A DNA stretch of 64,000 nucleotides from Promethearchaeota archaeon (GCA_016840085.1 JAEOTA010000073.1:32001-96000), one strand, 5' to 3'; shown: positions 1-10,283, numbered from the stretch's first letter. Program-made: numbers and translations. Notes: generated by a model from the letters alone, not told the origin.

Positions 1-83
1 AACTTGAGGAGTTCCTAATTTAAGAAAATTTAACGGGTTTCCAAATAAAGACTCTACAATTTCTATACTTTTACTTTTCAAAC

Positions 84-479
84 TTACTCATCCTCCTTTT
101 TTTCATTTTTATCTTTTTCCTCTTCATAGAGAGGATCTATAAATTGATTAACAATATTTTTACCATTTTTGGTAAGCTCTACCCCATAAGAGACTTTAAG
201 TTTTCCACCTCCTCCTATTCCATTAATTCTAGTTCCTTTACCTTTTGGTATTTCCGTTTCCAATAATTCTTCCGTATGAGTTTTTACTATTCCACCTCGT
301 TTAAGCGCATTTAAATGATAATTTACATTTTGTTTTTGAATTCCAATATTATCTGCAATTTCAGTGGGTCTTTGAGGACTTTCTGAGAGCTGTCTAAGAA
401 TATCTGCTCTTACAGGGCTTCTAAATACAAGTCCAACTTTTTCAAAAATGGGGTTTTTCTTTTCTTTTTTTTTAACCAT
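84..479 (-). CDS. ArsR/SmtB-like winged-helix transcriptional regulator
   Basis: SPVRADILRQL...PTEIADNIGIQKQNVNYHLNALKRGGIV is an ArsR-type HTH pattern. Confidence 0.8.
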   Translation of the reverse strand: MVKKKEKKNPIFEKVGLVFRSPVRADILRQLSESPQRPTEIADNIGIQKQNVNYHLNALKRGGIVKTHTEELLETEIPKGKGTRINGIGGGGKLKVSYGVELTKNGKNIVNQFIDPLYEEEKDKNEKKEDE

Positions 480-490
480 GTTTTTTTCAC

Positions 491-543
491 ATAAAATGTT
501 TTTTTATGGTAAAAGCTTTTTTTACTGTAAAACATATATTAAC
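491..543. promoter_or_regulatory. Three tandem imperfect palindromes (RTAAA-N7-TTWAY, 18-bp period), candidate autoregulatory operators of the ArsR-like gene
   Basis: ATAAA-atgtttt-TTTAT 491-507, GTAAA-agctttt-TTTAC 509-525, GTAAA-acatata-TTAAC 527-543; lie between a minus-strand TATA-like TTTATATA (549-556) and the start codon at 479. Confidence 0.5.
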
Positions 544-670
544 ATACATATATAAATGTTTGCATCAAATATCATGAGATCACTTTTATTTAAGGGAAAA
601 CACAAAAAAGCCAACTTTTATGAATAATTAAGAAATAAAAAATGGTTCAAATCTTTTTTTCAATTCAATT

Positions 671-1156
671 TTAGTTTCTTAGAGTAGCAATAATTTTTTC
701 CTCGTCCAATAGGAAATCAATACTACTAATAGGATCTGGTAAAGCTACATCCGCATTTAGAATACTATTTACAGCAGCCCCTTCACTTCCGATAATTATT
801 ATCCCTAAAACAGCATTTTTTAACATTAAAGAGTCATTATTTCCATTACCGATTGCTACAGTGTTCTCTTTTCCTAATCTTATCAATTCATAATTTTTAG
901 CTTCTGATTCATTAGTTGTATCAATTCTATCGGCTCTAATTTTTATATAGGAAACGCCTAAATCATGGGCAATTTCCTCTAAGTTACCCCTCGTGTCTGC
1001 AGAGATCAAATAAACATCATATTCTTCCTTCAGCCTCTTAAATTTCTCTTTTACATCCATTGATATCTTTCCATCGAATTGAATTGTTCCATTTAAATCG
1101 AATAAAACATTCTTAAGACGTAAAACCCCATAACTCGGAACTAAAATTTCTTTCAT
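671..1156 (-). CDS. HAD-superfamily hydrolase, soluble P-type ATPase-like
   Basis: Motif I FDLNGT, motif II ISAD, motif IV IGNGNND; no TM segments. Confidence 0.8.
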   Translation of the reverse strand: MKEILVPSYGVLRLKNVLFDLNGTIQFDGKISMDVKEKFKRLKEEYDVYLISADTRGNLEEIAHDLGVSYIKIRADRIDTTNESEAKNYELIRLGKENTVAIGNGNNDSLMLKNAVLGIIIIGSEGAAVNSILNADVALPDPISSIDFLLDEEKIIATLRN

Positions 1157-1572
1157 GACATGTAAAAGAAAGAATGATTAATTATAAATTCCATATTTAT
1201 GAGTATATTTAATTAAATCATGCATAATTTTGAGTTGGATAAATAAAAGGGGATAATGAAAGAATTAAAAAAATACTCAAGAATAATAGATATACACCTA
1301 ATAAAGATTTCATTTTAATTAGAATTTACATCAAATAATTTTAATTTGTTATCAAATAAGACATATTTGTATATATCTCTAAATCTTCTAAAAGAGTTCT
1401 ATTAAATAATTTGGCTTATATTAGCATTTTCTCCGGAGAAGAACCTACAGTATAATTTAATGAGTTTATAGAGAAAGATTAAATATCAAACTATTGAATT
1501 GATATTAAAAGCAAATTATCGTTCACAAATTTATTATTCATAATATTTAAAAAATTCAAGAGGTCACTTGAA

Positions 1573-2832
1573 ATGGTTGATATTAGTAATATAAAGAATA
1601 TCTCAATAGTAGGAACTGGGTTTATGGGATATGGAATTGCACATGTAGCTTTACTCGCTGGTTTTGATAAGGTTATTATACATGATATTAAAATGGAATC
1701 ATTAGATAAAGCAACAGAACAAATTGAGATTGGCATTAAAAGATGTGAAGAATTAGGAAAATTAAGTGAAGGTCTTACCGCAGAAATTCTTATGTCAAGA
1801 TTGGTTAAAGAACTGGATTTGAAGAGAGCTATAGAAAACACTGATTTTATAATTGAAGCTGTTCCGGAAAGATTGGGCCTTAAGCGAGAGGTATATAAGA
1901 AATTAGGTGAATATGCTCCTAAAAACACCATTATAGCATCAAATACTTCTTTTATGGACATATCTGAATTAGGAAAAGCTTCAGGAAGGTCAGAAAAAGT
2001 TGTTGGGATGCATTTTTTACCTCCCATAATTGCTAGTAGGGTCATTGAGGTAACTAAAGGTGAAAAAACTTCAAATGAATCTATGGATATCTGTGCGGCA
2101 GTTGGAGAGACACTACCCTGTATAAGTGGTGATAGATATATAGCACGTATTGAAAAATGGAGGCCGGGATTTATATTAAATCGATTACTTTGTACTGTTG
2201 GTCTTTATTTTAGCTGGGTTGCTGAGCAGGCAATTGACAAAGGTATTCCTTGGGAACAGGTAGATGCGGATGTTGCTGTTGGTGAAGATTCTATGGGACT
2301 ATGTGAAACCTGGGACTATATAGGTTTAGATGTGGCGTATGATTCTATGAATTATCTAAAAGATACACTTTCTCCAGATTTCACTGCAGGTGAAGTATTT
2401 ACTCAAAAATATGAAGAAGGAAATTTTGGTGCTAAGACAGGAAAGGGATTTTATGAATGGCCTAAGAAAGGACGATATTTCCTTGAGTGGACTAAGGAAG
2501 GAAGACCTAAAGTAGATAGGTCAAAAAAAGCAGGTCTAATGGATTTAGAGACTATCATCGCACTTGAAATAAACGAAGGTTGTAAACTTATAGAAGAAGG
2601 TGTTGTATCAGGATATAAAGTTATTGACGACGTAATGTATATTGGATCACGAGAACAGTGGCCTGGACCATTTGCTGCAGGAAAAAGAAATTATAAAAAT
2701 CTATGTGTTATATTAGAAGATTTAGCAGAGAAGACAGGTAAAAATTATTTTAAGCCGTGTGATTTAATGAAATCTGGTGATTTTCTTAAGATGAGAAGAT
2801 CAACCCCTAAAGCTCCAACCCCGCATGGGTAA
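1573..2832 (+). CDS. 3-hydroxyacyl-CoA dehydrogenase
   Basis: GTGFMGYGIA Rossmann motif, IEAVPE, ASNTS, GMHF, PGFILNR, GAKTGKGFY; duplicated C-terminal domain. Confidence 0.92.
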   Translation: MVDISNIKNISIVGTGFMGYGIAHVALLAGFDKVIIHDIKMESLDKATEQIEIGIKRCEELGKLSEGLTAEILMSRLVKELDLKRAIENTDFIIEAVPERLGLKREVYKKLGEYAPKNTIIASNTSFMDISELGKASGRSEKVVGMHFLPPIIASRVIEVTKGEKTSNESMDICAAVGETLPCISGDRYIARIEKWRPGFILNRLLCTVGLYFSWVAEQAIDKGIPWEQVDADVAVGEDSMGLCETWDYIGLDVAYDSMNYLKDTLSPDFTAGEVFTQKYEEGNFGAKTGKGFYEWPKKGRYFLEWTKEGRPKVDRSKKAGLMDLETIIALEINEGCKLIEEGVVSGYKVIDDVMYIGSREQWPGPFAAGKRNYKNLCVILEDLAEKTGKNYFKPCDLMKSGDFLKMRRSTPKAPTPHG

Positions 2833-2882
2833 AAAAGGGTATAAGTAAATTTAAAATTACATTTCTTCTTTTTTTGATTTTA

Positions 2883-4055
2883 TTAATCTTTGAATTTATA
2901 GCTTTTTTCAAGTAGTTTATAAATTTCGTCGAAATTAGCGACTTTAGGATGTAATGTGAAATTTCGCAGTTTTATTGAATCTTGAGCTATGGCTTCAAAG
3001 AGGTTTTTAGGTACATGTTTTTCTTCTAGGTCCATCCACATTCCAATTTCCTTAAGGAAGGAATCCATTTCGTCACAAGCTTTCTCGGCAGCAACTTCAT
3101 CAGTTTCGTTTTCTAAATCAGGATTAAAGAGACGACCTATAGTAGCATATTTCGAAATAGCATACTTCCATGTGAATCGGTTAACTTCAGGGTACATAAT
3201 TGCGAGACTTTCCCCATGCATTATATTGGGAACATGTCCTCCAATAGCCATACCTATTCCATGAGGGAGAGTAGTACCAATAGTAGTAATTGAAAGCCCT
3301 CCAAGCATTGCTGCATATGCAAGCGCCTCTCTTGCTTCTCTATTCGTCCCATCCTTAACTGCAATTGGTAGATATTTGATAACTTTTTTAAGTGAATCTA
3401 ATGTATAGAGATCGATAAATTCTGATGCATTTTTATTTAAATAACTTTCAAATGAATGGCAAAAAGCATCCCAACCTGTTGAAGCTGTAATATGAGGTGG
3501 AACTGTCATTGTAAGTTCAGGATCAATAATACTAACACGTGGCATTAGGGCCCAGTCAGCAAGTGCAGATTTAAATTTTTCGTCTGGATGCTTCAAAACC
3601 GCCATATTTGTAATTTCGGAACCTGTACCTCCAGTAGTTGGAACTGCTATGATTGGAAGAATTTTTTTACTCTGAACTCGTTTCTCTCCCAATCGATAAT
3701 CCCATATATCCCCTTCATGAGTTGCGCCAACAGCAATAGCTTTTGCAGTATCCATACTTGAGCCACCCCCTACTCCTAAAACGATGTTAATCTCATTTTC
3801 AGCAGCCATTTTAGAACCTTCATTTATACATTCGGTTGTGGGGTTAGGGATAACTCCATCAAAATGGAATATTTCTACTCCCGCTTCATTACACAATCTT
3901 TTAACTTTCTCAAACGCAGGTTCAAGAGCAGGAAATGGTTTAACTGTTACCAATAAACATCTTTTACCATTTCTAGCAACAATTTTACCTATTTCATTCA
4001 CACGACCCCATCCAAAACTAACACGGGTTGGCAAATAGAAATTAAAATTTTTCAT
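2883..4055 (-). CDS. Iron-containing alcohol dehydrogenase
   Basis: GVGGGSSMDTAKA, PTTGGTGSE, DAFCHSFESY, HG...HG metal ligands. Confidence 0.92.
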   Translation of the reverse strand: MKNFNFYLPTRVSFGWGRVNEIGKIVARNGKRCLLVTVKPFPALEPAFEKVKRLCNEAGVEIFHFDGVIPNPTTECINEGSKMAAENEINIVLGVGGGSSMDTAKAIAVGATHEGDIWDYRLGEKRVQSKKILPIIAVPTTGGTGSEITNMAVLKHPDEKFKSALADWALMPRVSIIDPELTMTVPPHITASTGWDAFCHSFESYLNKNASEFIDLYTLDSLKKVIKYLPIAVKDGTNREAREALAYAAMLGGLSITTIGTTLPHGIGMAIGGHVPNIMHGESLAIMYPEVNRFTWKYAISKYATIGRLFNPDLENETDEVAAEKACDEMDSFLKEIGMWMDLEEKHVPKNLFEAIAQDSIKLRNFTLHPKVANFDEIYKLLEKSYKFKD

Positions 4056-4066
4056 ATTTAATCTTC

Positions 4067-5404
4067 CTACTTAATTTTATATTGACTTTTTAGGAAATTA
4101 ACAATATAATCTTTAACTTTATCACGGTCAGGTAAGCTAGCTACCATACCGTATATAGCAGCGTCTCCATCGGAAGATTTTCTGGGATTTTCAACAACTT
4201 CTTTAACAGTATCTCTAAGATCTGTTAAGAATGTATTCACAATCTCAGCATGGTGAGGATTCACCATCATGTGTAAAGCATTAGGGAATTGTATTCTATC
4301 TAAATGCCATCCTTTCTTATCCAGTACATCTCCCAATTGATAAATATCAATCTTATCGGATGTAAAAGAAAACACACTTATCACGGGATTCCCTATAATA
4401 TATAATTCTGGAATCTGATTAATTCCTTCAATTAATCTTTTTGAAGCATCCATGACGATTTTCGCTAAATTCATATACCCGTCAAAGCCTAGAGCCTTCA
4501 TAGCAGCCCATGCTGCGGCTATTGCTCCTCCAGGACGAGTACCTCTCATCGATGGAGAAATATAGATACCTCCCGACCAATCGGTATACACCGAAAATTG
4601 ATGTTTCCAAACACGTTCTTTTCGATATAGTATGGTAGATGCACCTTTTGCTCCATACCCATATTTATGAACATCTGCACTGATTGACGTTACACCAGGG
4701 ACAGAAAAATCAAAATCAGGAATTTCATAGCCAAGTTTCTTAGCAAAGGGTAGCATAAATCCTCCAAGGCATGCATCAACATGTAATCCGATACCATGTT
4801 CTTGAGCAATAGTGCCAAGTTCTGATATAGGATCTACCACCCCCCTCGGGAAATCACATGCCGAACCGACCATCATTATAGTATTGCTGTTTAATGCCCT
4901 TTCCATAGCTTTTATATCTGCTCGATGGGTCTCTTCATCTACGGGTACTCGAACAGATTTTACTTTAAAATAATCTGCTCCTTTATCAAAAGCAGGATGA
5001 GCTGAACTTGGTAACACCATCTCTGGTTCTCTTATATCTGGAAACTTTTTTTCCGCCCAATCTCTATATGTCTTTATAGCCATTAAAATGCTTTCAGTGC
5101 CTCCAGAAGTCATGCTCCCACAGCATCTTTTATCTCCATTAAATAAATCAACTGCCATTGAAATAACTTCTGTTTCGAATTTCTTTAGACTTGGAAAGGC
5201 CATCGGGCTTAAAGCGTTCTTAGAAAAAAACATGGTATATGCTTTTTTGAGCAGTTCTGTATGTTTGTCCGTAGCATGATACACCAAGCTCCAAACCTTA
5301 CCATCTCTCCAGTTGATATCATCTTTCCGAATGTCTTCTATTTGTTTAAAGAGTTCATTTTCAGGAATCCCCTTTTCTGGTAATACAACCTTAGGTCTAG
5401 CCAT
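4067..5404 (-). CDS. PLP-dependent group II decarboxylase family, sphingosine-1-phosphate lyase-like
   Basis: TSGGTESILMA, AHPAFDK, HVDACLGGF, SISADVHKYGY (PLP Lys), WSGGIYISPSMRGTRPGG, C-terminal AAIYGM. Confidence 0.85.
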   Translation of the reverse strand: MARPKVVLPEKGIPENELFKQIEDIRKDDINWRDGKVWSLVYHATDKHTELLKKAYTMFFSKNALSPMAFPSLKKFETEVISMAVDLFNGDKRCCGSMTSGGTESILMAIKTYRDWAEKKFPDIREPEMVLPSSAHPAFDKGADYFKVKSVRVPVDEETHRADIKAMERALNSNTIMMVGSACDFPRGVVDPISELGTIAQEHGIGLHVDACLGGFMLPFAKKLGYEIPDFDFSVPGVTSISADVHKYGYGAKGASTILYRKERVWKHQFSVYTDWSGGIYISPSMRGTRPGGAIAAAWAAMKALGFDGYMNLAKIVMDASKRLIEGINQIPELYIIGNPVISVFSFTSDKIDIYQLGDVLDKKGWHLDRIQFPNALHMMVNPHHAEIVNTFLTDLRDTVKEVVENPRKSSDGDAAIYGMVASLPDRDKVKDYIVNFLKSQYKIK

Positions 5405-5603
5405 TTTAATTCACAAAATAATGTTATGTTTTCAAAATTTGTTAAGTTTTTCTTAGAGAAAAGAATAGAAATAATTAAAAATTAACAGTTTCTAATAGAA
5501 AATGACTAAAATGTAAATGCTTAAATAATAAAAAATGAAATTATAACTTACTTAGAAATCTAATTACAAAAAAGTAGAAAAATTAAAAAGAGGGTAAAAA
5601 AAT

Positions 5604-5927
5604 ATGGCATATATAGTTGTTTATACACGTTGGCCAAGCGATGTGATACCTGAAATTGTTAAAAAAGCTATTGAAGTTGCAAGAAAATTTCCAGAGGATG
5701 AGTCTCTAGGAGAATCAGTAGTACCTAATGCTGTAAAGGGTACTTTGGACGGTATAACCACATTGAGTGTTACATTGGTAAAAGAAGGGAAACTTGAAGA
5801 AGGTCTGAGACGTGCTATGGCTACCTTAGCTATGTACGCATCTATCCCTGGATTTGAATATTCAATAGAAACTTGGGCAACTCTAGAAGAAGCTTATGGT
5901 GCGATAGGGCAAAAACCGCCTGAATAA
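5604..5927 (+). CDS. Small hypothetical protein
   Basis: 107 aa ORF with upstream GAGGG RBS-like site and downstream T-tract; function not recognised. Confidence 0.7.
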   Translation: MAYIVVYTRWPSDVIPEIVKKAIEVARKFPEDESLGESVVPNAVKGTLDGITTLSVTLVKEGKLEEGLRRAMATLAMYASIPGFEYSIETWATLEEAYGAIGQKPPE

Positions 5928-6022
5928 TTAAGTATTTTAAAAACTTTTAAATTCAATTTTTTTTTTATATTAAAAATTTGATAGCGAATAATTTAAAAAT
6001 ATAAATAGTATTCATACTATAT

Positions 6023-6508
6023 TTGCAATTGATGGTTTATGAGGATTTTCCCTATGAGCTAGCATCAAATAATCCAATTAAGGAATATGTAGAAGTACGA
6101 CCGAGTAAAATTCATGGTTTAGGGTTATTTGCTAAGAAATTTATTCCAAAAGGGACCATACTGTGGCATGCACGCCCTCAAGATGTCATAGTAATTACAA
6201 AGGATCAGTTTCTAACACTTGAATCTTCTCATAAATCTCTTACAACAACTAATATAATAGAAATTATACTTAGATATTCTTATTATGTAGTGGATCTTGA
6301 TTCTCTAATCTTTTGTGTGGATAATTTTAGATTCATAAATCATTCACCTAATGCAAACATCGGTGCTCCTGAAGATCAAAATGAATTTTGTGCGATAGCA
6401 CTACACAAGATTCAACGGGGAGAAGAATTAACAGAGGACTATACAAAATACCCTATTTGCTACTGGTTAGAGAATTATAAAGATAATTTTAATCCTTGTT
6501 GTTGGTAG
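6023..6508 (+). CDS. SET-domain protein (putative lysine methyltransferase); start may be ATG 6032
   Basis: SKIHGLGLFAKKFIPKG, RFINHSPNAN, GEELTEDY SET signature motifs; C-terminal Cys residues. Confidence 0.88.
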   Translation: MQLMVYEDFPYELASNNPIKEYVEVRPSKIHGLGLFAKKFIPKGTILWHARPQDVIVITKDQFLTLESSHKSLTTTNIIEIILRYSYYVVDLDSLIFCVDNFRFINHSPNANIGAPEDQNEFCAIALHKIQRGEELTEDYTKYPICYWLENYKDNFNPCCW

Positions 6509-6543
6509 GACCTCTTCTTGAAAAATTATTTCTTTTATATTAA

Positions 6544-6675
6544 TGTTAAATATTTTTAACAAGTATTTATAAAAATTCAATGTTAAATATTAGAAAAGAG
6601 GATTATAGGTCCTTAATTCATGGTCTATCGTAAGATCGAAACATTTAAATACTTATGTTAAGTTTATTTAACATA
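6544..6675. promoter_or_regulatory. Two copies of palindrome TGTTAA-N6-TTAACA flanking a TATA-like box upstream of the ABC/bPH-XRE cluster
   Basis: TGTTAA-atattt-TTAACA 6544-6561; TATGTTAA-gtttat-TTAACATA 6654-6675, just downstream of TTTAAATA 6644-6651; half-site at 6581. Confidence 0.55.
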
Positions 6676-6704
6676 GTAAAATAACTTTTTAATATAATAC
6701 ACAA

Positions 6705-7541
6705 ATGTCGAATAAAATAGAAAGAATTGCTATAAAGACCACCAATCTTGTGAAAAAGTTTGGAAATGTAATTGCTGTAAATAATTTAAATCTTAAAATT
6801 CCTTATGGTTGTACATATGGCTTACTTGGACCAAATGGGGCAGGAAAAACTACAACTGTTCGAATATTAAATTCAATTATATCACCTACAGCTGGTACAG
6901 CTAAAGTAGGTGGTTTTGATGTTATTACTCAAAGTACAGACGTTAAATTGAATTGTGGTTTCTTACCTGAATCTCCTGGGTTATATCAAAAATTAACAGC
7001 AAAAGAATTTTTAAAATTCATTGGTGAGCTGTATTATTTACCTAAAGAGGTAATTTCCGCTCGTATTGAAGAATTACTTGATATATTTGATTTAGAGGGT
7101 CGAGAAAATGATCTTTTGGAGGGATACTCTCGAGGAATGAAGCAAAAGATTTGTCTTTGTGCCGCACTAATTCAAGATCCTCAGATAATTTTTTTAGATG
7201 AGCCCACATCTAATCTTGATCCTGCTGCTGCCCGTATGGTCAAAGACCTCATTTTAGATCTCGTTAATAAAGCAGATAAAACCATTTTCATCTGTACCCA
7301 CCTTCTTGATGCTGCAGAGGAACTTTGTGACGTCATAGGCATCATTGATAAAGGTGTCTTAAAATTGGAAGGGAGCCCAAAAGATATCATTAAATCTCAA
7401 AATGCTAGTGATTTGGAAGACGCATATTTAAAAATTATGGGAGCAGTTCATATTGAAGATCTATTAGCATGGAGAGAAGAGGTCCCTAATTCAGTTAACC
7501 CTCGGAAAAATTCAAAAAAAAGAAAAAAAGCGAGAGGATAA
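6705..7541 (+). CDS. ABC-2 type exporter ATP-binding subunit
   Basis: Walker A GPNGAGKT, signature YSRGMKQK, Walker B IIFLDEP, H-loop. Confidence 0.95.
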   Translation: MSNKIERIAIKTTNLVKKFGNVIAVNNLNLKIPYGCTYGLLGPNGAGKTTTVRILNSIISPTAGTAKVGGFDVITQSTDVKLNCGFLPESPGLYQKLTAKEFLKFIGELYYLPKEVISARIEELLDIFDLEGRENDLLEGYSRGMKQKICLCAALIQDPQIIFLDEPTSNLDPAAARMVKDLILDLVNKADKTIFICTHLLDAAEELCDVIGIIDKGVLKLEGSPKDIIKSQNASDLEDAYLKIMGAVHIEDLLAWREEVPNSVNPRKNSKKRKKARG

Positions 7542-7550
7542 ATTGAAAAG

Positions 7551-9227
7551 ATGACTCTTACATCAACAAGTTTAGAAGGCCCAAAACTAAGGGAAGATTT
7601 GCTTTTTGAAGCATTCCCTGTAAAAAAGAAAGCTCTATGGAAAAAAATTGCTAAGAATGAAATTTTATTAAAGACATATCGCTTCAGAAATCATCGCACT
7701 TTGTTTTTTATCTCTCTCTATTCGTTTCTTTTCATATGGACATTCTTCTTATGTCCTCTTATGATGGATAATTTATTACCTAAAGCAGAAGTGCAAGCGA
7801 ATTCTCTTTTCAGACCCATTGTCGCAATGATTATTGAGTATGTGATGATGATATTTTTCTTTATAATATTAATGTATCCATTAAATATTGTATATAGGAA
7901 AGCTGAAATTGGTTTCAAAGAAATTTTAATTTCCTCACCTGTAAAAGCTGGTGATATTTTCATCGGTGAATTTTTAGGAAAGCTGCCGATTTACAGTGTT
8001 TTCATATTAATATTTGGTCCAATATTAATAGGTTTGTTCAATCCTTTAATTAATCTTACGTTGCTTCAATTTATGTTTATTTATTTGTCATTATTTGGTA
8101 TGGTGATATTATCTACACTGATAGGCTCTATTATTGCATCCTTTCTCGAACACAAAATCGCTAAGAGTGAAAAGGCGCGTGATTTTGGTAAATCAGTCAT
8201 AATGATCATCGCGATTGTTATGGTGGTTATAATGTACTCGATGCAGTTTCTTTTTAATTATCTTATTGAAAATCCTGAAACTAAAAACTGGTTTATGTTT
8301 TATCCATCATTTTGGTACTCAAATATCATATTATTTGTAATTGATTCAGCTTTAATAGAACAGTATGTATTAAACATATTGACCAGTTCTGTCTTGGCCA
8401 TTGGAGTTCTTTTTTTACTTTTATATATATCCATGAAGAAAGCAGACTCATTTTATACATTGGAGGGGAGCATAGAAAAGATTTCAACAAAAATAATAGA
8501 AGATAACAAATTTTATCGCATGATTGGTAAATTAACAGGAAAAAAATGGGGCGGGTTAATTGTTATTCATTTGAAAAACTATTTCAGAAAGAGAGAAAAC
8601 ATCTTAAAACTTGTATACATAGGAGGGGTAGCATCGTTAATGGCTTTAATGGTTTTATTTACTTCCGAAGAAAATTTGTCTAATGAGATAATGAGTGTTT
8701 GGATTGTAATAACTGTGGGCATGATGTTTAGTCTGATGATTGGGAGTTTTATTTTTGTCGATTCAAAGGACATTTTATGGGTATTTAAACGATCTCCACG
8801 AGGTATAAAGGGAATAGTCTACTCATACATCATGGCACTCTTCATCATTAATATTCTATTGATAATTCCGATATCTATCGTTCATGGAATAATTTACAAA
8901 TTTGACTTAGTACAGGGAATCATACATGCACTCCTATTATTAATTTTTTGTTCACTCGCGGTGACGGAAGCTGTAGGAATTCAATGTATTAATCCCTCAT
9001 TTGAAGAGAAAGGGCGAACGATGTCTGGCAATATCGCATTTGGATTTATTATTCATTTTAGTGTTATTATTGGGATAATGGTTCTATTAATTGAATTAAA
9101 TATATTAGAGTTTGTGAATCAAGGATTTATCAAATTGATATTTATCGGTCCAATAATCCTTATACATATTACATTAGCTTTTCTAATATTCTATTATGGC
9201 ATGCGAAAATTAGATAAATTGGAGTAA
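7551..9227 (+). CDS. ABC exporter permease (about 12-14 TM, duplicated ABC-2-like halves)
   Basis: Highly hydrophobic; EILISSPVKAGDIFIGEFLG ABC-2 permease-like motif; starts 9 bp after the ATPase. Confidence 0.8.
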   Translation: MTLTSTSLEGPKLREDLLFEAFPVKKKALWKKIAKNEILLKTYRFRNHRTLFFISLYSFLFIWTFFLCPLMMDNLLPKAEVQANSLFRPIVAMIIEYVMMIFFFIILMYPLNIVYRKAEIGFKEILISSPVKAGDIFIGEFLGKLPIYSVFILIFGPILIGLFNPLINLTLLQFMFIYLSLFGMVILSTLIGSIIASFLEHKIAKSEKARDFGKSVIMIIAIVMVVIMYSMQFLFNYLIENPETKNWFMFYPSFWYSNIILFVIDSALIEQYVLNILTSSVLAIGVLFLLLYISMKKADSFYTLEGSIEKISTKIIEDNKFYRMIGKLTGKKWGGLIVIHLKNYFRKRENILKLVYIGGVASLMALMVLFTSEENLSNEIMSVWIVITVGMMFSLMIGSFIFVDSKDILWVFKRSPRGIKGIVYSYIMALFIINILLIIPISIVHGIIYKFDLVQGIIHALLLLIFCSLAVTEAVGIQCINPSFEEKGRTMSGNIAFGFIIHFSVIIGIMVLLIELNILEFVNQGFIKLIFIGPIILIHITLAFLIFYYGMRKLDKLE

Positions 9228-9358
9228 TAGGTAATTAATACATAAATTTTTTTAAAATAAAATCTACCCAAAAATAGAATGAAAATAGCAGAAATTAATT
9301 TTAATATTAAATCTATAAAAATCATTTAAAAAAACAAAAAAGAGGTAATGAAAATAAA

Positions 9359-10216
9359 ATGGAAAATAAGATTATTGACAAATCTTCTTACGGGGGAACC
9401 ATCTCTAAAGATTATAGATCTAAAGAAATGTTGAAATCAGCCATTAATTTTTTCCTAATCTGTACAGGAATTACATTAATTGCTTGGTTCGCAACAGTAA
9501 TGGTGTTAACGGATGGTTTAGAAAATCCAATATATATACCGATAATAGTCTATGTATGGGTTGTAGTGTTTGCTTTTGTAATACCATTTTCTTTCTTTAT
9601 GATCATTGAATATCTATACCTTACAGCATATCTAAATGCATTTTCGTATAAAATAAAAGAAAACACCATTGTTCTCCGTCATGGGGTTTTTACTAAGAAA
9701 AAAGCGACCATTCCTTATACGCGAATCCAAAACATTAACATTGTAAATGGCGTGTTTGACAGGATGTTCAAGACATATACAGTCAAAATTGAAACTGCTG
9801 GTGCGGCAGCGGCAGCTGCGAGTGCCCAACATGGGGTTGCGAAACCTGAGGGATATATTCCAGGACTAAAAGATCCAAACATAATTGGAAGAAAAATTAA
9901 GGAGATGATGACAAAATATTCACAAGTACCAAGCGGTTTAGAAGACAAGATCTTTAAACCTGAAGAGCTGGCATTCGACAATTTCATTAGTTATATTATG
10001 TCAAAAATGCGAGAGGGTGAAAATCTTCAAACTTCCATAAGAGACAGACGTGAACAAATCAATAAATCCGCAGCGGAATTAGCAGAAGAAGTTGGAGTAC
10101 CACTTCAAACGATCAAGTATTTGGAAGAAGGAAAATATAATCCAAGCTTAGCTTTAGCATATAAAATTGCGCAAGTATTGAATTGTTCTGTTGAAGATTT
10201 GTTTAAAATTATTTAA
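9359..10216 (+). CDS. Membrane protein: 2 TM + bacterial PH (bPH_2, YdbS-like) domain + C-terminal XRE HTH
   Basis: HGVFTKKKATIPYTRIQNINIVNGVFDRMFKTYTVKIETAG (bPH_2); AAELAEEVGVPLQTIKYLEEGKYNPSLALAYKIAQVLNCSVEDLF (HTH_3). Confidence 0.85.
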   Translation: MENKIIDKSSYGGTISKDYRSKEMLKSAINFFLICTGITLIAWFATVMVLTDGLENPIYIPIIVYVWVVVFAFVIPFSFFMIIEYLYLTAYLNAFSYKIKENTIVLRHGVFTKKKATIPYTRIQNINIVNGVFDRMFKTYTVKIETAGAAAAAASAQHGVAKPEGYIPGLKDPNIIGRKIKEMMTKYSQVPSGLEDKIFKPEELAFDNFISYIMSKMREGENLQTSIRDRREQINKSAAELAEEVGVPLQTIKYLEEGKYNPSLALAYKIAQVLNCSVEDLFKII

Positions 10217-10283
10217 TTGTATTACAATTTTTTTTCTTATTTTTTCGGATTAGTTTAATCATAATAAAATGATGTGAAGAAAG

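Noticed and set aside
1491-2045. 184-aa antisense ORF and the many other opposite-strand or nested ORFs in the track (e.g. 2989-3264, 26758-27213, 28886-29365, 48068-48355)
   Set aside because: Shadow ORFs overlapping well-supported genes, with no recognisable motifs
10269-10277. In-frame ATG-ATG-TGA suggesting selenocysteine readthrough
   Set aside because: Position does not align to a Cys or redox motif in the paralog, no SECIS-like hairpin was recognised, and the other stop in this gene is TAA
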